Shown here one piece after another: positions 23,547 through 38,200 of a stretch of DNA of 64,000 bases (positions are counted from its first letter, which is position 1; every line of letters begins with the position of its first letter). The stretch is from assembly GCA_964016885.1 (NCBI GenBank), contig OZ024740.1:90334001-90398000 (forward strand). Direction: 5' to 3'. The notes under the pieces were generated by a model that was given only the letters and a program-made list of their open reading frames with translations, was not told the origin of the DNA and did no database searches. Made by a program: the position numbers and the translations under genes. This DNA is from Eledone cirrhosa (lineage: Eukaryota).

Positions 23547-25826
23547 TGCCTTATGAACTTTACGTACATATGCCAGACTTGTTCGGAGGCCTCTTGGCGG
23601 ACGTCTACTGCAACTGGCAACAGAACGGGTGAATTCCCAGTTCTGTGAGCCGAGGAGCGGTGGCACTGCTGAGAAAGGATCCGAACAAGGGGGATAACAT
23701 AGATAATTTCCGGCCCATAACTCTGCTAAACACAGAGTTCAAGATTTTGGCCAAGGTGCTAGCAAAGAGGTTGGCGCTTGTCGTTGGTGGTCTGGTGGGA
23801 GAGGCGCAGACATGCGCCATTCCCGACAGATCCATCCACGACAACCTCCACCTCATGCGATACATCGTAGGGAGGGTAGCTAAGGAACCTGGCACGGGTG
23901 GGTCCTTGATCAATTTAGATCAGTCGAAAGCTTTCGATAGGGTCGACCATCGTTACCTAGCGGCAGTCCTGAGGGCGGCTGGCTTTGGGCCCGTCGTCAG
24001 AAGCTGGATCGCTGCCATGCACAGCGACATCTGCTCTGTGATGAGAGTGAACGCTCACCTGTCGGAACCGTTCAACATCATGCGCTCGGTCCGCCAAGGA
24101 CGTCCCCTCTCGTCCCTCTTGTACGTATTGACTCTCGAGCTATAACTGCACAAACTGGAGACGTTGAGGGGCGTCCCGCGCGAACTAGGATGCGGAAGAT
24201 CCGTGTCAGCATATGCGGATGATGTCACCGTAGTGGTGTCGAACGCCAAACACATCGAGGCGATCGGCACTACACTAAGAGAATACGAAGCGGTGACAGG
24301 AGCAATGATCAACCAGGAAACGTCAGTGGGCCTGCAGCTCGGCACCTGGAGAGGCAGGTCCATGCCTTCCAACAGCGTAGTCGGACGTTGGACGGACGGA
24401 CCGGTTAAATTGCTAGGGGTCTGGTTTGGTCCGGACCTCCAGACGGACAAAAACTGGGACGAGGTGACGAGCAGGGTGGCTTCTCTCACCCAGAAATGGG
24501 CGGAAAGGAAGCTAATCCTGAGAGGTCGAGCGGCGGTGGCTGACGCGTACATCGCGTCTGTCATCTGCTACCGCCTGACCGTCGTACCTTGTCCTAAGCC
24601 TCGCCTGACTGCGCTGGAGCGTTTGCTCTTTCGCTTTTTGTGGAAAGGACGCGCTCCGATGGTCAGGCGGTCCATCTGTTGTCAACACCCCCTACTTGGA
24701 GGGCTGGGCTTGCCGTGGCTGATTATGCGCATTCACCCGCTCAGGCTACGACATCTCCACCTCTTCTTTGACGGTGATCAGGTGTTGTCGCGATTTGCTA
24801 GACACGTATTTCCCCAGCTTGTTTCCTTGACGGAGCTGCAGTCCTGGGTCAAGCGAAGACCGAGAGGGAGCGCCTGGAGACTGGAATGTCTTCAGGCGCT
24901 CACAGCCCTCGATCAATCGGGCAATATAATCGGTGGAAACTCCCCCTCGGCGTTCTATAGAGGATTAGTGCAGGGGAAGAGCGTCGACGTAATTGGAGAA
25001 ATTCTAGGCGTCGAAGAAAATCAACTAGCCAATCACTTCGGAAGAACTTTCTGGCCAGGGCCTATGGACAACTTCCAGAAATCTCTGGCCTGGCAGTGCT
25101 ACCAAGAAGCCTTGCCAGTTCTGGATAAACTCTACAGGCATAGAGGTGCCGTCAGCCGGGCATGTCCGAGATGCGCGCAGGGCGACGAAACCGTCCGGCA
25201 CGCACTCGTCCAGTGTCCGAAAATTGCGGACTTGTGGGTTTATGTCGAACACCTGCTGTCGCGTTTAGGATGGATCCGGCTATCATCTGCGTCCATCGTG
25301 AGGATTGCCCTGCTATCCTCCTTTAGCCGGGAAGGGCAGGCAGTTTTTATCTGTCTGGTGGCCATGGCGAAAGAGATAGTATGGTGGACACGTTTGAAAG
25401 GGCTGAAGACGAGCACTTACCTCTTCGGTGATGCTCTGATTGACTTTTTCAAATTTCATTTGAAAAGGAAAATCAGAGTAGAGAGGGAAGTGCTTTCTTC
25501 CCAGCATTTTGTTGAAAGATGGGTGAGAGAAGCAAGAATGGCCCGAGTGAATGGGCCTACTCTGAGTATATATCTGTAAATTAAAGGTGGAAAACTGGGA
25601 GAGGGCACTTTCCTTGGTGGTCAGGGTCACTGTGGCCTTTTACTGGGCTTTCTCCACAAATGTCCCTCCGAAGTCTCCCCCCTATTGGGGAATTTTTCAT
25701 TGTTATTTTTGTTACATCCTCTGTTTTTGTTTTTTACACGCAGAAATGCCCATTTGTACCGTACAGTATTGTCCTGCACTGTTCTTAATGTCTACTTTAT
25801 GTAAACCCTTGTGGTTAATAAAGAAT

Positions 25827-25828
<2 letters not shown>
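23547..25828 (+). mobile_element. Tx1-clade LINE, 5'-truncated (copy 1)
   Basis: NFRPITLLNTEFKILAK, LDQSKAFDRVDH, VRQG, AYADDV, CPRC..ETVRHAL..C; 3'UTR ends at (ATT)n. Confidence 0.92.

Positions 25829-25864
<36 letters not shown>
25829..25864. repeat. (TTA)n spacer; similar spacers at 30336-30380, 35189-35254, 39486-39551, 45014-45070, 49893-49919
   Basis: Direct. Confidence 0.97.
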
Positions 25865-28800
25865 GGCGACCTACGTAGTAAATCGTATCATCGTGAGCTC
25901 CGCAAAGGTTTGTTATTTCCGTTTGTTAAAAATTGCCATGTATGGAAACTTTTATTGTTAACTGTTTATAAGCACACATATATTGTTTTCCGAAAAGGAC
26001 ACCCAAAAAGATTGGGGCCTTGTGCCCAAAATTTTAACTTTTATTATTATCAAAAAATTTCTTTGAAAAAAAATGGCTACTTCACCTCTGCACGAAGCAG
26101 CTGAAAGCCTTCCTCACAAAATAACACCTCACACCGACACCACCATTGTAAATGTTACTACGTTTGCCAACACAAAAAAAAATATAAGCAGTAGCAATAT
26201 TTTAAATTTGTCTCAGGCAGACATTCATTTCCCGCCATTACCAATGACTGCAGGTGTTAAAGCCTCCACCACCACCGCCACCGCGACAACCACCACCACC
26301 ACCACCGCGACAACAGAAACAAAAGAAGAACAAATAAATTAACTCGTGATGTCGAAATGAAATCAAGCAAAATGGACTCTTCCCCACCAAAGACGACTGA
26401 CGTCGTCACCACCACCACAACTGAAACTAAAATTAATATTAACGATAGCAACAACAACAACAATGACATTATAAAATCCCCCCTCAGTTTCGCCAGAGTA
26501 GCAAAACAATTCGAAGCATTTACGGTAACTCAGGAAGATTTAGAAAATGCCAAGCAAATGGTAAATAAAGATGGGTACAGGGTCAGCCCCCCCCCCACCT
26601 AATAAAATGGAGCATCGGCGCCTATGCACCGTGTCGTATAGAACAATAAATGTAAAATCGCGCCGAGTGGAATGGGCATCCGAGTCCCAAATCCAAAAAG
26701 CTTTGGGACATGTGTGGGAAAGAAAAACCCACATCAGACGTGGGCAAAAGTATGGAACCGTGGACGTGTTCTTTGAAACACCAGAGGAGGCTAGAGAACA
26801 CTCTATGGCCCCATTAAAAAGTGACGACTTCACACTCGTCCCAAGCTATTGTGGCCAGAGACTCGTAAAGATCAGGGTGACCCACGTTCCACCGGCCATC
26901 GAAATTACCTGGCTAATAGCGGCCGTCCTCGCCGGTATCGAAGCCAACACGAAAATAATAGCAATAGCAAAAGAAAAGCAGGAAAACTGGTCCGGATCTG
27001 GGATGGAGCTCCTGATCCAAGCGGACAAAAAAAGCATTGAGGAGATCCCAGAGGTAATAGACCTCACTGACGGCAGCCACCTCACGGTAATTGTCAAGGG
27101 CAGAAGACCTAGGTGTGTCGTTTGTGGTGAAGGAACCCACCTAAGGGCTTTCTGCCCTCAGGCTAAAAGGTTGAGGCCACCTCTCCTACCCACCCAGTGA
27201 CACAACCATCAACACCACCAGTAGCAGAGATGGCAGCAACAACTGTAGCAGCAACAACAGAAGCAACTATAACAGCAACAACCCCAGCAACAGTAGCAAA
27301 ACCAACACCACCACCACCACCAGCAAAACCAACACCACCACCACCGAACGCTTCAGAACTAGCACCAGCGCCTACACCATCCACCACACCACAACCAAAA
27401 CTAACGGCTGTGGAGGATTTTCCACTCCCCGGCCTATCACAACTGGAGACAGATTGTGACGACGAGGAGTGGGAAACGATATCCGGAAAAAAAAAATAGA
27501 AACCAAAAAAGAAAAAATTCTCTTCCTGCCCCTCAAAAAACAAAATACAGAGGGAAACAAATAAATTAAGAAACAAAAAAGTTAGGACAGATATGCCACC
27601 ATCCACACCAGCATCACCAACCCCATCAACCCAAACACCAACACCATCACCATCATTAACCCCAGCACCACCATCACCTACACCACAAAAGTCACCAAAA
27701 TGCGAAACAGAAACAAACCCACAACAAACGCAAACAAAACAAAACAACCAAAACGATACACACTACACAGCATTAAATTTGAACAACAAGCAATTATTAC
27801 ACTACATCAAATACAACACCAGCATCACAGAAAAAGACTACACAACAACCCCAAAATTCACACCACCTCCACACATACAAATCACTCGCATCACACAGAA
27901 AACGTACATGACACTAAAACAAAAATTCCCCAAAGACATCGGAGACTTCCGACAAGAACTCTCCAGGAGGATTTATAAGGACATCCTTCCTGAGGAGGCC
28001 ACAAGCAGTGAAAAGGATGGAAAAACCGTCCTTCCCCTACGAGAAGTAAGGTAAGTGGTCTTTCCCATCTTTTCCACTACTTTTCAACATGACCTCACTC
28101 AGAATAGGCAGCATAAATGCGCGTGGCTTGTGGTTGTCATGGAAGCCGGGTCACCTGCTCAACGACCTCAGGTCACTAAACATAGATGTAGTGGCCATCA
28201 GAGAGACCAGAATCTCCGAAGCACAGGCTTTCGCACCGATCTTCGGCGGCTACGATGTGTACGCATCTCCCAGCCGTCCGGGATCGGGTGGAGGATTTGC
28301 TGTGCTTTTTCGGAGAGGTTTGGATCTTGCCATACGGGCCATCTTCCTGGACCCAGAAGGTAAGTTGGTGGTGCTGGACGTGACCAGCGGAGACAGGCAA
28401 GCTTTCAGGTTAGTGGCCGTCTATTCCCCGACAGGAGCAGGTCGGCCTGATTTCTTCCGGCGTCTGGAGACCTTTCTTGGAACGTTCCGCTCTTTAGTGT
28501 TATTGGGCGACTGGAACGGGATCTTAGATGCACGCTGGGATTGTGTGGGATTAGTGGATAGGGAAGGAGGGTGCAAGAGTCTCACCAACCTGCTCAGACG
28601 TTTTAAACTGTCTGACAGGTACCGAATGGATTTCCCGAATGTACCAATGTGGACATGGACAAATCGCATAGAGTCATCCAGATCATATCTAGATAGAGTA
28701 TTTTGTAGGGAAATAGATAGGTCTAGCATAGGCTGTCCACAATTCAAGATAGTCAGCTACACGGACCACAAATTCGTGATCTGTGTGCTTGACTTAGATA

Positions 28801-30334
28801 GGCTTCATAGGCGAGGACCCGGCTACTGGAAGCTAAACGCGTCCTTACCAGCGCGCAAGGCCTACAGAGACCGGATTAGCGAACTAGTTAAGCCGGCGTT
28901 GACGGGGGCCATCGTCAACAACAAGTGGTGGTTTGCTCTGAAAAGAGCAATCAGAATTGAGTCCATTAGGTTTAGTAAGACTTTAGCAATAGAGAAAAAT
29001 AGAGCAGAGGGAGAATTAGTTAGAAAATTAGATGAGGCGCTTAGCAAAGGCATCGCGACCGACGTACTTGCGGCGAAATTGGCCCTTGACCAATTCTTCA
29101 ATGCAAAGCACGAAGGCTGCGTTGTCAGAGCTAGGGTGCGTGCTTTCAGACACGAGGGGACGAAAGCCGTTCAATGGGCCCGAGTGGCGGAGGCGCGTCG
29201 TGGCAACAAAGCCACGATCCGGTCTTTGGTGAACCACGACGGGCGCATGCTACTCGATCCCGGGCAAATGTGTGAAGCTTTTCAGCGACATTTCGCTCAA
29301 CTGTTCGGGGGCAGTGGCGGGCCGGATCCAGGGATGGAATTTAGTGTCTACCTCGACGGACTTACGCGGCTTTCGGCCACTGAGGCGGAGTGTTGCGAAA
29401 AGCCGCTAACAGCCGCTGAAGTACGGGAGGCAATGACTAGTTGCACAAAAGGTAAATCGCCTGGTTTGGATGGTCTGCCCTATGAACTTTACGTACAAAT
29501 GCCAAACTTGTTCGGAGGCCTCTTGGCGGACGTCTACTGCAACTGGCAACAGAACGGGAGAATTCCCAGCTCTGTGAGCCGAGGAGCGGTGGCGCTGCTG
29601 AGAAAGGATCCGAAAAAGGGGGATAACATAACAGTCCTGGGTCAAGCGAAGACCGAGAGGGAGCGCTTGGAGACTGGAATATCTTCAGGCGCAGGGCGAC
29701 GAAACCGTCCTGCACGCACTCGTCCAGTGTCTGAGCATTGCTGACTTGTGGGTTTATGTCGTACACCTGCTGTCACGTGTAGGACGGATCCAGCTATCAG
29801 CTGAGTCCATCGTGAGGATTGCCCCGCCCCCTTCCTTTAGCGGGGAAGGGCAGGCATTTGTTATCTGTCTGGTGGCTATGGCGAAAGAGATAGTATGGTG
29901 GACACGTTTGAAAGGCCTGAAGACGAGCACTTACCTCTTCGGTGATGCCCTGATTAACTTTTTCAAATTTCATTTGAAAAGGAAAATCAGGGTAGAGAGC
30001 GAAGTGCTCTCTTCGCAGCATTTTGTTGAAAGATGGGTGAGAGAAGCAAGTATGGCCCTAATGAATGGTCCTTCTCTGAGTATGTGTCTGTAAATTAAAG
30101 GTGGAAAACTGGGAGAGGGCACTTGCCCTGGTGGTCAGGGCCACTGTGGTCTTTTAATGGGCTTTCTCCACAAATATCCCTCGGAAGTCTCCCCCCTATT
30201 GGGGAATTTTTCTTTGTTATTTTATTTCATCCTGTTTTTTTTACACGCAGAAATGCCCATTTGTACCGTCCTGTATTGTCCTGTACTGTCCTTAATGTCT
30301 ACTTTATGTACACCCTTGTGGTTAATAAAGAAAA

Positions 30335-30335
<1 letters not shown>
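25865..30335 (+). mobile_element. Tx1-clade LINE copy 2: intact ends, RT domain internally deleted
   Basis: 5' end GGCGACCTACG; disrupted ORF1 26073-28054 with CVVCGEGTHLRAFC knuckle; APE ORF2 from 28089; two deletion junctions at ~29631 and ~29690. Confidence 0.92.
28089..29630 (+). pseudogene. Tx1 ORF2 APE endonuclease + tether (RT removed by deletion)
   Basis: SINARGL, VYSP, LGDWN, SYLDR, TDH, GYWKLN, KSPGLDGLPYE. Confidence 0.88.
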
Positions 30336-30380
<45 letters not shown>

Positions 30381-30381
<1 letters not shown>

Positions 30382-33300
30382 CTTGAATCTCAGTCATTGA
30401 TGTTAGTTAACTGGAAAGTCCATTGGAATGAATATCAATCCACTGCCTGCAGCCTCAGATATTCAGGACGTATCGGAGGGTTCTTGCTGTTCCCAGCAAG
30501 CATGCCTTTTGAAGCGTTCCAAAAAGCGTGAATTGGCCGATTTTCTTTAACCATCCCTGGAAACTTTTGGAGATAGTCCCCAGTGCGCCTATGACAATCG
30601 GGATCACTTTGACTTCATGGCAGTTCCAAATCATTTTTACCTCCCACTTTAAGTCCTGGTATCGGTTAATTTTCTCCCTCTCCTTCTCTTGCACTTTCGT
30701 GTCGAATGGGTAGGCCACATCCACAATGTGACACGATCTTTTTTCTTTGTCCACAACCACAAGGTCAGGTCTATATTGTTCCAGTTTCTTGTCCGTCTGT
30801 ATCCTAAAATCCCACAGCACCTTCACCTGATCGTTCTCCATCACCGCCTCTGGCTTATGCTCATACCACTTCTCAGAATGTGGTAACTTGTTTACTTTGA
30901 CAGGTGCCAGTGGATCACCCTGCCCATCACATCATGTCTCCAGCCCTTATAGTGGGTCTGGGCTAGGTGTTTACACTCGGATACAATGTGAGCCACAGTC
31001 TCCTCCCTCTCTCCACAGATCCTGCACAGTGGGCTAGCCTCCTCCTTGTAAATATGGTGTTTCAACCACTTCGTTTTGAGGGCCTGTTCCTGCGCAGCCA
31101 TTAACATTCCTTCTGTAGCCTTTTTGAGGTCTCCTCTTCTCAACCAGTTCCATGTCTGTGGATCTGTGAATTCAGTTTTCTCATAGAAGGTACTATGAAG
31201 GGATTTTCGCTGAAGGCTGCTCTTTCTCCTTGATGTTATTTCATCCTTGGAAATCCCCTGGCCTATTGTCCCCTCCTTCAGTACAGTTCTGAGCATTGGC
31301 TCCTTACTATCAGTCACGTATTTATGTAGGTTGCTTTTCTCCATCTAACACAGTCCTCTATGCTGGTAAGACCTCTTCCACCCTCAGATCTCCTTAGGTA
31401 GAGTCTATCGACATCACTACTCTTGTGGAACATGCTGTAGATAGTCAATAGCTTCCTAGTCTTCCTATCCATTTATTTTTGTTCAGCAACATTCCATCTC
31501 AGAATTCCCGCACTGTACCTAATAATATACACAGCTCGAGAATTTACTGCGCTTATGGCATTTCTGCTGTTCAGATGTGACTTCAATACGCTCCTTATTC
31601 TCCGAATGTATTCGTTCTTAACTATTCCTTCATTGTTTTGTTCTTTATGCCATCAGCCTCCAGAACGCCCAAATACTTGTATCCTTCCTCAGAGTCAATT
31701 TCCTTTCTCATCTCACCTGTTGGTATCTGGATTCCGTTACTTCTGCTCAACCTACCTCTCCTCATCACAATGACTCCACACTTACTAATACCAAACTGCA
31801 TACATATATCACTGCCGAAAATACGGACAGTGTCAACAAGCACATCCAACTCCTTCTCACTCTTCCTGAAGAGCTTAAGATCGTCCATGAAGAGGAGGTG
31901 ATTGATGGAAAGCTCTCCCTTTCCCAACTTGTATCCTGCTGTCACTTTTCGCAGCATAATGGTCAAGGGCATCATGGGAAGGCCAAACAACAGAGGGGAC
32001 AGGCTATCTCCCTGGATGATACCTCTCTTGATCTTCACGCTTCCCAAGGATACTCCAGTTGATGTCAACTCTGTTTCCCAGGACCTCATACTCCTGCCCA
32101 GCAACTGTCTGATGTTATCTGCCACCTTGAAGATCTCCAGGCTTTTGGTGATCCAATAATGAGGCACCATGTCAAATGCCTTTCTGTAGTCTATCCATCC
32201 CATGGCAAGATCAGTGTGTCTCCTCCTGCAATTCCCCATTACCATATTATCAATAAGTAAGTGATTCTTTGTACCACGTGACTTCTTTCGGCATCCTTTC
32301 TGTTCGTCCGGTAACAAGTTGTTTGTGTGGAGGTGATGGTAGATTTCCTCAGACACAATGCTCGTCAACAGTTTCCACATTACGGACAGACATGTGATAG
32401 GTCTATAGTTGGTAACATCATTACCCTTGATTCGGTCTTTCATTATCAGAACTGTGGTACATTTTGTCAACCACTCTGGTACCTCACCTGACATCAAGCA
32501 GTCATTGAACACGGTTGTCAGCTTCGGGTGGAGGGACGTTACATTTTTAATCCAATACCCCTGCACACCATCTGGGCCTGGTGATTTCCAGTTGGTTAGT
32601 TCTTTGGCCTGTCCCTTAAGAGTTTCAACTGTGATATTCAAATCAGTTTGTTGGTGTGCCTGCTCACCGATCTCCCTCTGTACTGTCTCAATCCACCCTG
32701 CCTGGTCATTATGTCTAACATCCTGCTCCCATATTCCTCTCCAGAATGTTTTAGTTTGTTCCGCCTCAGGGATCAAGTCGTTACCTCTTTCTTTCCCCTC
32801 AAGCTGTCCAAACAGCATCTTCTGGTTGTTGTCGAACATGCGGTTCTGTTTATACTGACTGACTCTGTTCTCGTATCGCCTGATTTTTGCACTATTTGCT
32901 ACAATGCGTTGCTTCAGTTCATCTATGATAATATTTAGCTTTTTCCACCTAGTTTTGTACTTTATTTCCAGTCTATTTTTAGTGCCTATGTTTTTTAGTG
33001 TCCCATTCAATAGTGACTCAAGCTTTACAATGTCATTTCTCATTTCCCTGATTTGACCACTCAGTCGTTTCTTCTACCAAGGCTCTGCTCTTTCTTGTCT
33101 GTTGTTTCCTCTCGCTTTTATACCAAGTAGTTTCCTCATCGTATTTGCTGTTGCTTTGAGGATATTGTTGCACTGGTGAAGGCTCCTCGCCTCAAGGTAT
33201 GGGATGACTTTGTTTACCTTAGCTGTTGTTTCTTTTAACTTTTTTCTGTCTACAAATCTTAGGTTCATAGGTCTCCCACTATCATTGTTCAATTCATCTA

Positions 33301-35188
33301 CCACTAAATTTAGGATGTCAACCCAATCTTGTCCTAGCCCGTCAGCATTCATCTCCTCAGTGGCCGTATCTCTGTTCCAGGTATTATTTATCTCAGTATT
33401 CAGATCATTGTCTGCTTCGGGTGGTTCCCCCGTTCTCTCGACCTCTTCACCTTCATTTCCCACTGGCTCGTTTGCCTGGCATACTCCACCCTCCATCTCC
33501 AAGCTAATCTCTCTGCTCAGTTCCTCCAGTTCCAGCTCGCTTATCCACCCATTAGTTCTTATTACCCGAGCCTGCCCGGCCAATTTTTGTTCATCTAATT
33601 TAAATAGACCAATCTCGTTCCAGATGTTATGCATCCGTCTCCTATAGCCCCTCTCCTTGGGGTTACTTTTCAGGTAACATTGCATAACAGTTCCATTCAA
33701 TTCTTTCGTCCAGTTGGTTCTGGTCCCTTTCCTTCTTCTTCTTCCTCCGACACCAGCAGTATTTGGTTGACAGCCAGGTTCCTGCTGCTGAGCCAGGGAG
33801 CACCTGTTGGGTGAGAGTCTGTCACATGACGTTCTAGTCTCCATTTCACCGTTAATCGAACTGTTTAGGTTCGATATTTAAACACTCTTATCGAGGATTG
33901 GCGAATGTATGGTTACATAACCATCTGTGGATTCACCGTCTCCGGTGGATTCACCGTCTCCGGTAGTTGCGCCGCTCCACTTGGCTCTTGTGTGGCATTA
34001 TCACCACGCTGTAGACGAACACAAATAAACAAACAAACACACAGGCAGAAAAAACCCCAAAAATGAATAAGCATAAGTTTCATTGTAATGTAGTGTTCGA
34101 ATGTCTGACTTAGTTTTTCCCTTCTCTTATCTGTCCGTCCGCTTGCTTCACTCTTCATTCTTATTTTCTTTACGTTTTTTTTTTGTTTTTGTTTGTCTCT
34201 GTTTGTTTTTCTCTTATTTTGCTGTTGTTGCTGTGCTGCTTTGGTTTTGATGATTGTTTTTACTTTTTCTTTTGAGTCTATCGATATATTTTGATGCCTT
34301 CCTCTTTTTTAGTAGCAATTCTATAATGTGGTGGCAGCAACTAGCAGGAAGCAATGGGAGAGAATAGCGGCGGTAGCGATACTGAGACAGTGGTGGTGGT
34401 GATGTCGATACTGAAGCAGTGGTGGTGGTGATGTGATCGTATTACTGTAGTGATGGTGTTGTAGCGGTGGTAGCAATGAAGGAGTGGTTGCGACGGTGAT
34501 GGGATAGTGTTAGTAATGATGGCAGTGGTGGGGGTGATGTGGTCGTATTAATATAGTGATGGTGTTGTAGCGGTGGTAGCAATGAAGGAGTGGTGGCGGC
34601 GGTGATGGGATAGTGGTAGTAATGATGGATGGGCGGCGTTGTCGTTACTGATGTCCGTTCGGTGAATCTGTGTGGTTAGTCGCGTATATGAGTTGACATA
34701 CATTCCCTTAATGTTAAGATTAATCATTTTTTTAAAACTTGGGACAATAATAATAGTATTTATTATTATCATTATTATGTCGAGATTGGTTGTGGTGGTG
34801 GTGAAATTGCCGTTATCTGGCTGTTGTGTTTAGTGTAGACAGAGAGGTAATGGGGTAGGTGGTGTATCTAGTTTCTGGTATTGGTGATATTGGTGTTGTT
34901 TGGCTGTTCTATATAGTGTAGACAGAGGAGGGGGCGGGGTTCTTCGTCTTCCATTTATAACCATTTTCTTTTTTGAATATATAATGTACAATACAAAGTT
35001 GAATATTTGAATATTTGAGCCTTATAACAATATATTTTTGGTCCGAATTTTTTTGGGGCTCAAGCCGGATGCTTTACGTAGCATTTGTACTAAGAGTTGT
35101 TATTTCACAAATTATTTAAATATGGTAAACATTCAAAACTTTCGGGAGCGATTTCATGACCTTCTACCACCTCGTGCGTCTTCTTCCC
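30381..35188 (-). mobile_element. R4/Dong-clade RLE retrotransposon family A, full-length but disrupted (copy 1)
   Basis: N-terminal RxxWTxExN..GYRRRM domain, RT (IDYRKAFD, QGDSLSPLLF, FMDDLK), CRIC..ETVAHIVSEC, RHD, RPD..D..K..Y; both ends at (TAA)n. Confidence 0.92.
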
Positions 35189-35254
<66 letters not shown>

Positions 35255-38200
35255 CAGTTGCATTTATCTTGCTTTATGTTCATACGAGTTATCACCAAGT
35301 CACAACCAGTGACCTCAAGAGACAACAAGGTCCGCCATGTTCAAGAAAGAACATACATATTCACACATGCATATTTAGTGTTTAGACTTGTGATGTACTT
35401 ATATTGACAGAATCTTCCTTAGTATATGGGCAGTTCCCATTAGTACTATCTTTTGTATTTCTCCTATACGCGGGTTTGCTGGGATTTGCGATGAGTAATT
35501 ATTAGACCCCTTAGGTATCATTCCCAGAGCGCCTACAACCACTGGTATTGTTTTAGTTCTCAATTTCCACATTTTTCCGATTTCTATCACCAGGTCCATA
35601 TACTTGCTCAATGTTTCAAATGTTTTTATAGATACATTCTTGTCTATTGGAACAGACGTATCAATTAGCAGGCATACCCTCTTCTGAAAGTCTTTCAATA
35701 TTATATCAGGTCTGTTTGCATCTATTTTTCGGTCTGTTTGGATGCTAAAGTTCCACAAGATTGAGATGTGATCTTTTTCAAGTCTGGGAGGTGGTTGATG
35801 CTCCCACCAATTCTTTTGATGGGGCAGGTCAAAATGCTTACACATTATCCAATGTATGTATTGTGCAGCTCTGTCATGCCTGTTTAGGTATTCGGTTGGA
35901 GCTATAGGACTGCACATGGAAATTATATGTTCAATGGTCTCTGGTTGTTTTTTGCATACACGCCATAATGGGCTGCACCCATTTTTTATTATGTTGGCTT
36001 GGTAATTTTTTGTTGGCAGACACTGATCTTGTGCCGATATAATCAGTCCTTCAGTCTCCGATTTCAGTCCAGAGGATGCCAACCACTGATGGGTTAAAGT
36101 TTTGTCAACATCAGGATTGTTAGCTCGCTCTGGGTATTTTCCATACAGACGCTTTTCTTGCCATTTCTTAGCCAGTTTCTGTAGCAGTTCTTTCTTTGCA
36201 GTTACTTTTACCTGCTTTGCTTTTTCTGTGTTTTCCATTTCAGCAGTAAATGGGACTTCTGGAATGTGTAGTCCATTTCTGTATCTTTGTGCATCTTTTG
36301 TAATGGAATATGATCTTTTGATGCTTTCGTGTTTCAAAACGAGTTTGATCATCCAATCATGTGATTCCCTTAGATATGTAGATGATCCAATTGTTGCAGT
36401 TTTCAACGCAATGTCTAACTGGATTAACCCACGTCCTCCCTCTTTCCTAGGGAGATATATTCTATCTATATCTGCCATAGGGTGATGCATTCTGTGCATG
36501 GTTAAGAATTTTCGAATTTTTGTATCGAGCCTACGGATCTCTGTGCTTGACCAGTTGATGACATTGTAAATGTAGGTTACTACTGGTATGGCAAGCGTGT
36601 TTATAGCATCGATCCTATTCCTTGCATTCAATTCCGTTCTTAAGATTGCTCTGACTCTGCGGTAACATTCCTTCCTTATCCTTTCCCTCATTGTCGAGTG
36701 CTTGATTCCGTCTCCTTCACAAACACCTAGATATGTGTAAGTTTTTTCTTGATCAAGTTCTCTTATCACGTTCCCCCGATCAAGATTAATGTCTGAACTC
36801 TTCAGCAGCTTTCCTCTGGTGAACGTTGCTTTAGCGCATTTATCTAGTCCAAACTCCATTTTAATGTCATCACTGAACTGCTTCACAGTGGATAATAGCC
36901 CTTGCAATTGTTCATCATTTTTTGCAAATAGTTTCAGGTCATCCATGTAGAACAGGTGATTAATGGTTTTGTCATAGACTTTATATCCATGTTTTGTTTC
37001 ATTGAGCATTTTACTTAATGGTATAAGTGCGATGCAGAATAAAAGCGGTGATAAAGAGTCACGCTGAAAAATTCCACTATTAATATTATCTTCTCCAGCT
37101 TCCAGTGATTTTGTTTCACTATTCAAAAGGAGTGTCGTTTTCCATGTCTTCATACTGAATGACAAAAACCTCCTGACAACGGGGGATATTTTGAAAATCT
37201 CTAAACATTTTTCAATCCAACTGTGTGGCAAACTATCAAATGCTTTTTTATAATCTATCCAAGCAATCCATACATTTTTGTGTCTATTATGACAATCTTC
37301 CAGTATCATTTTGTTAACCAGAAGCTGATTCTTACAGCCATATGAGCCTCGTTTACACCCTTTCTGCTCAATGGGAAATAAGTCATTTGTTATCAGGTGG
37401 TCATATGTGTATTCAGTTAGGACTGATATTAAAATTTTATACATTATGGTCAAGCAAGTTATCGGTCTGTAATTTTTGGGATTGTTTGTCTCATCATTCT
37501 TCGGAAGCAGGAATGTAATGCCGTTAACTAGCCATGAAGGTATCTTTTCTGGCTCCTTAACTATTTCATTGTAAAGTTTGGCTAACAGCTCATGAGACTC
37601 GTTGAAGGCATTTATCCAAAAGTTTTGTATTTTGTCTTTTCCTGTGGATTTCCATTTGCTGGTTTTTCTTAGAGCCAAGCGCAACTGTTCAACTGTTATA
37701 TTTTCCCATGTTTGTTCCTCAAGGTGAGCTGTATCTTTCATTTGTCTGTCTATCCATGGGGCATGTATGTTATGAACTTTTTCTTCGGCCCAGATCTTTT
37801 CCCAGAATTCTTGCACTTCCTCCTTGGGTGGTATTGATTTAGCAGTTATTGTTGACATACCAATTTTTCTGTAGAAGTTTCTTTGGTTGTTTTTGAACAT
37901 ATTATTGTCCTTATAGAATCTAGATCGTTTTTCAAAGCGCCTTATACGAGCAGCTTTGGCCGACACTTTTTGCTTGATTATTTCTATCAGCATGTCTATG
38001 TCACATGTTGATTTTATACTGTACTTTTTTTCAATTTTCTAAGTTTAGTTTGTTTAACATGTTCACCTACTTTATAGTTTGTTAACATTTCTATGTCAGA
38101 TCGGAGAAGGTTTATTTGGCGATTGATGTTCTCTTGCCAACTAGATTTCTTGTGGGAATTCCTTTGTTTTTTCATCTTCACTCCACATAAGTGAGTGGTG

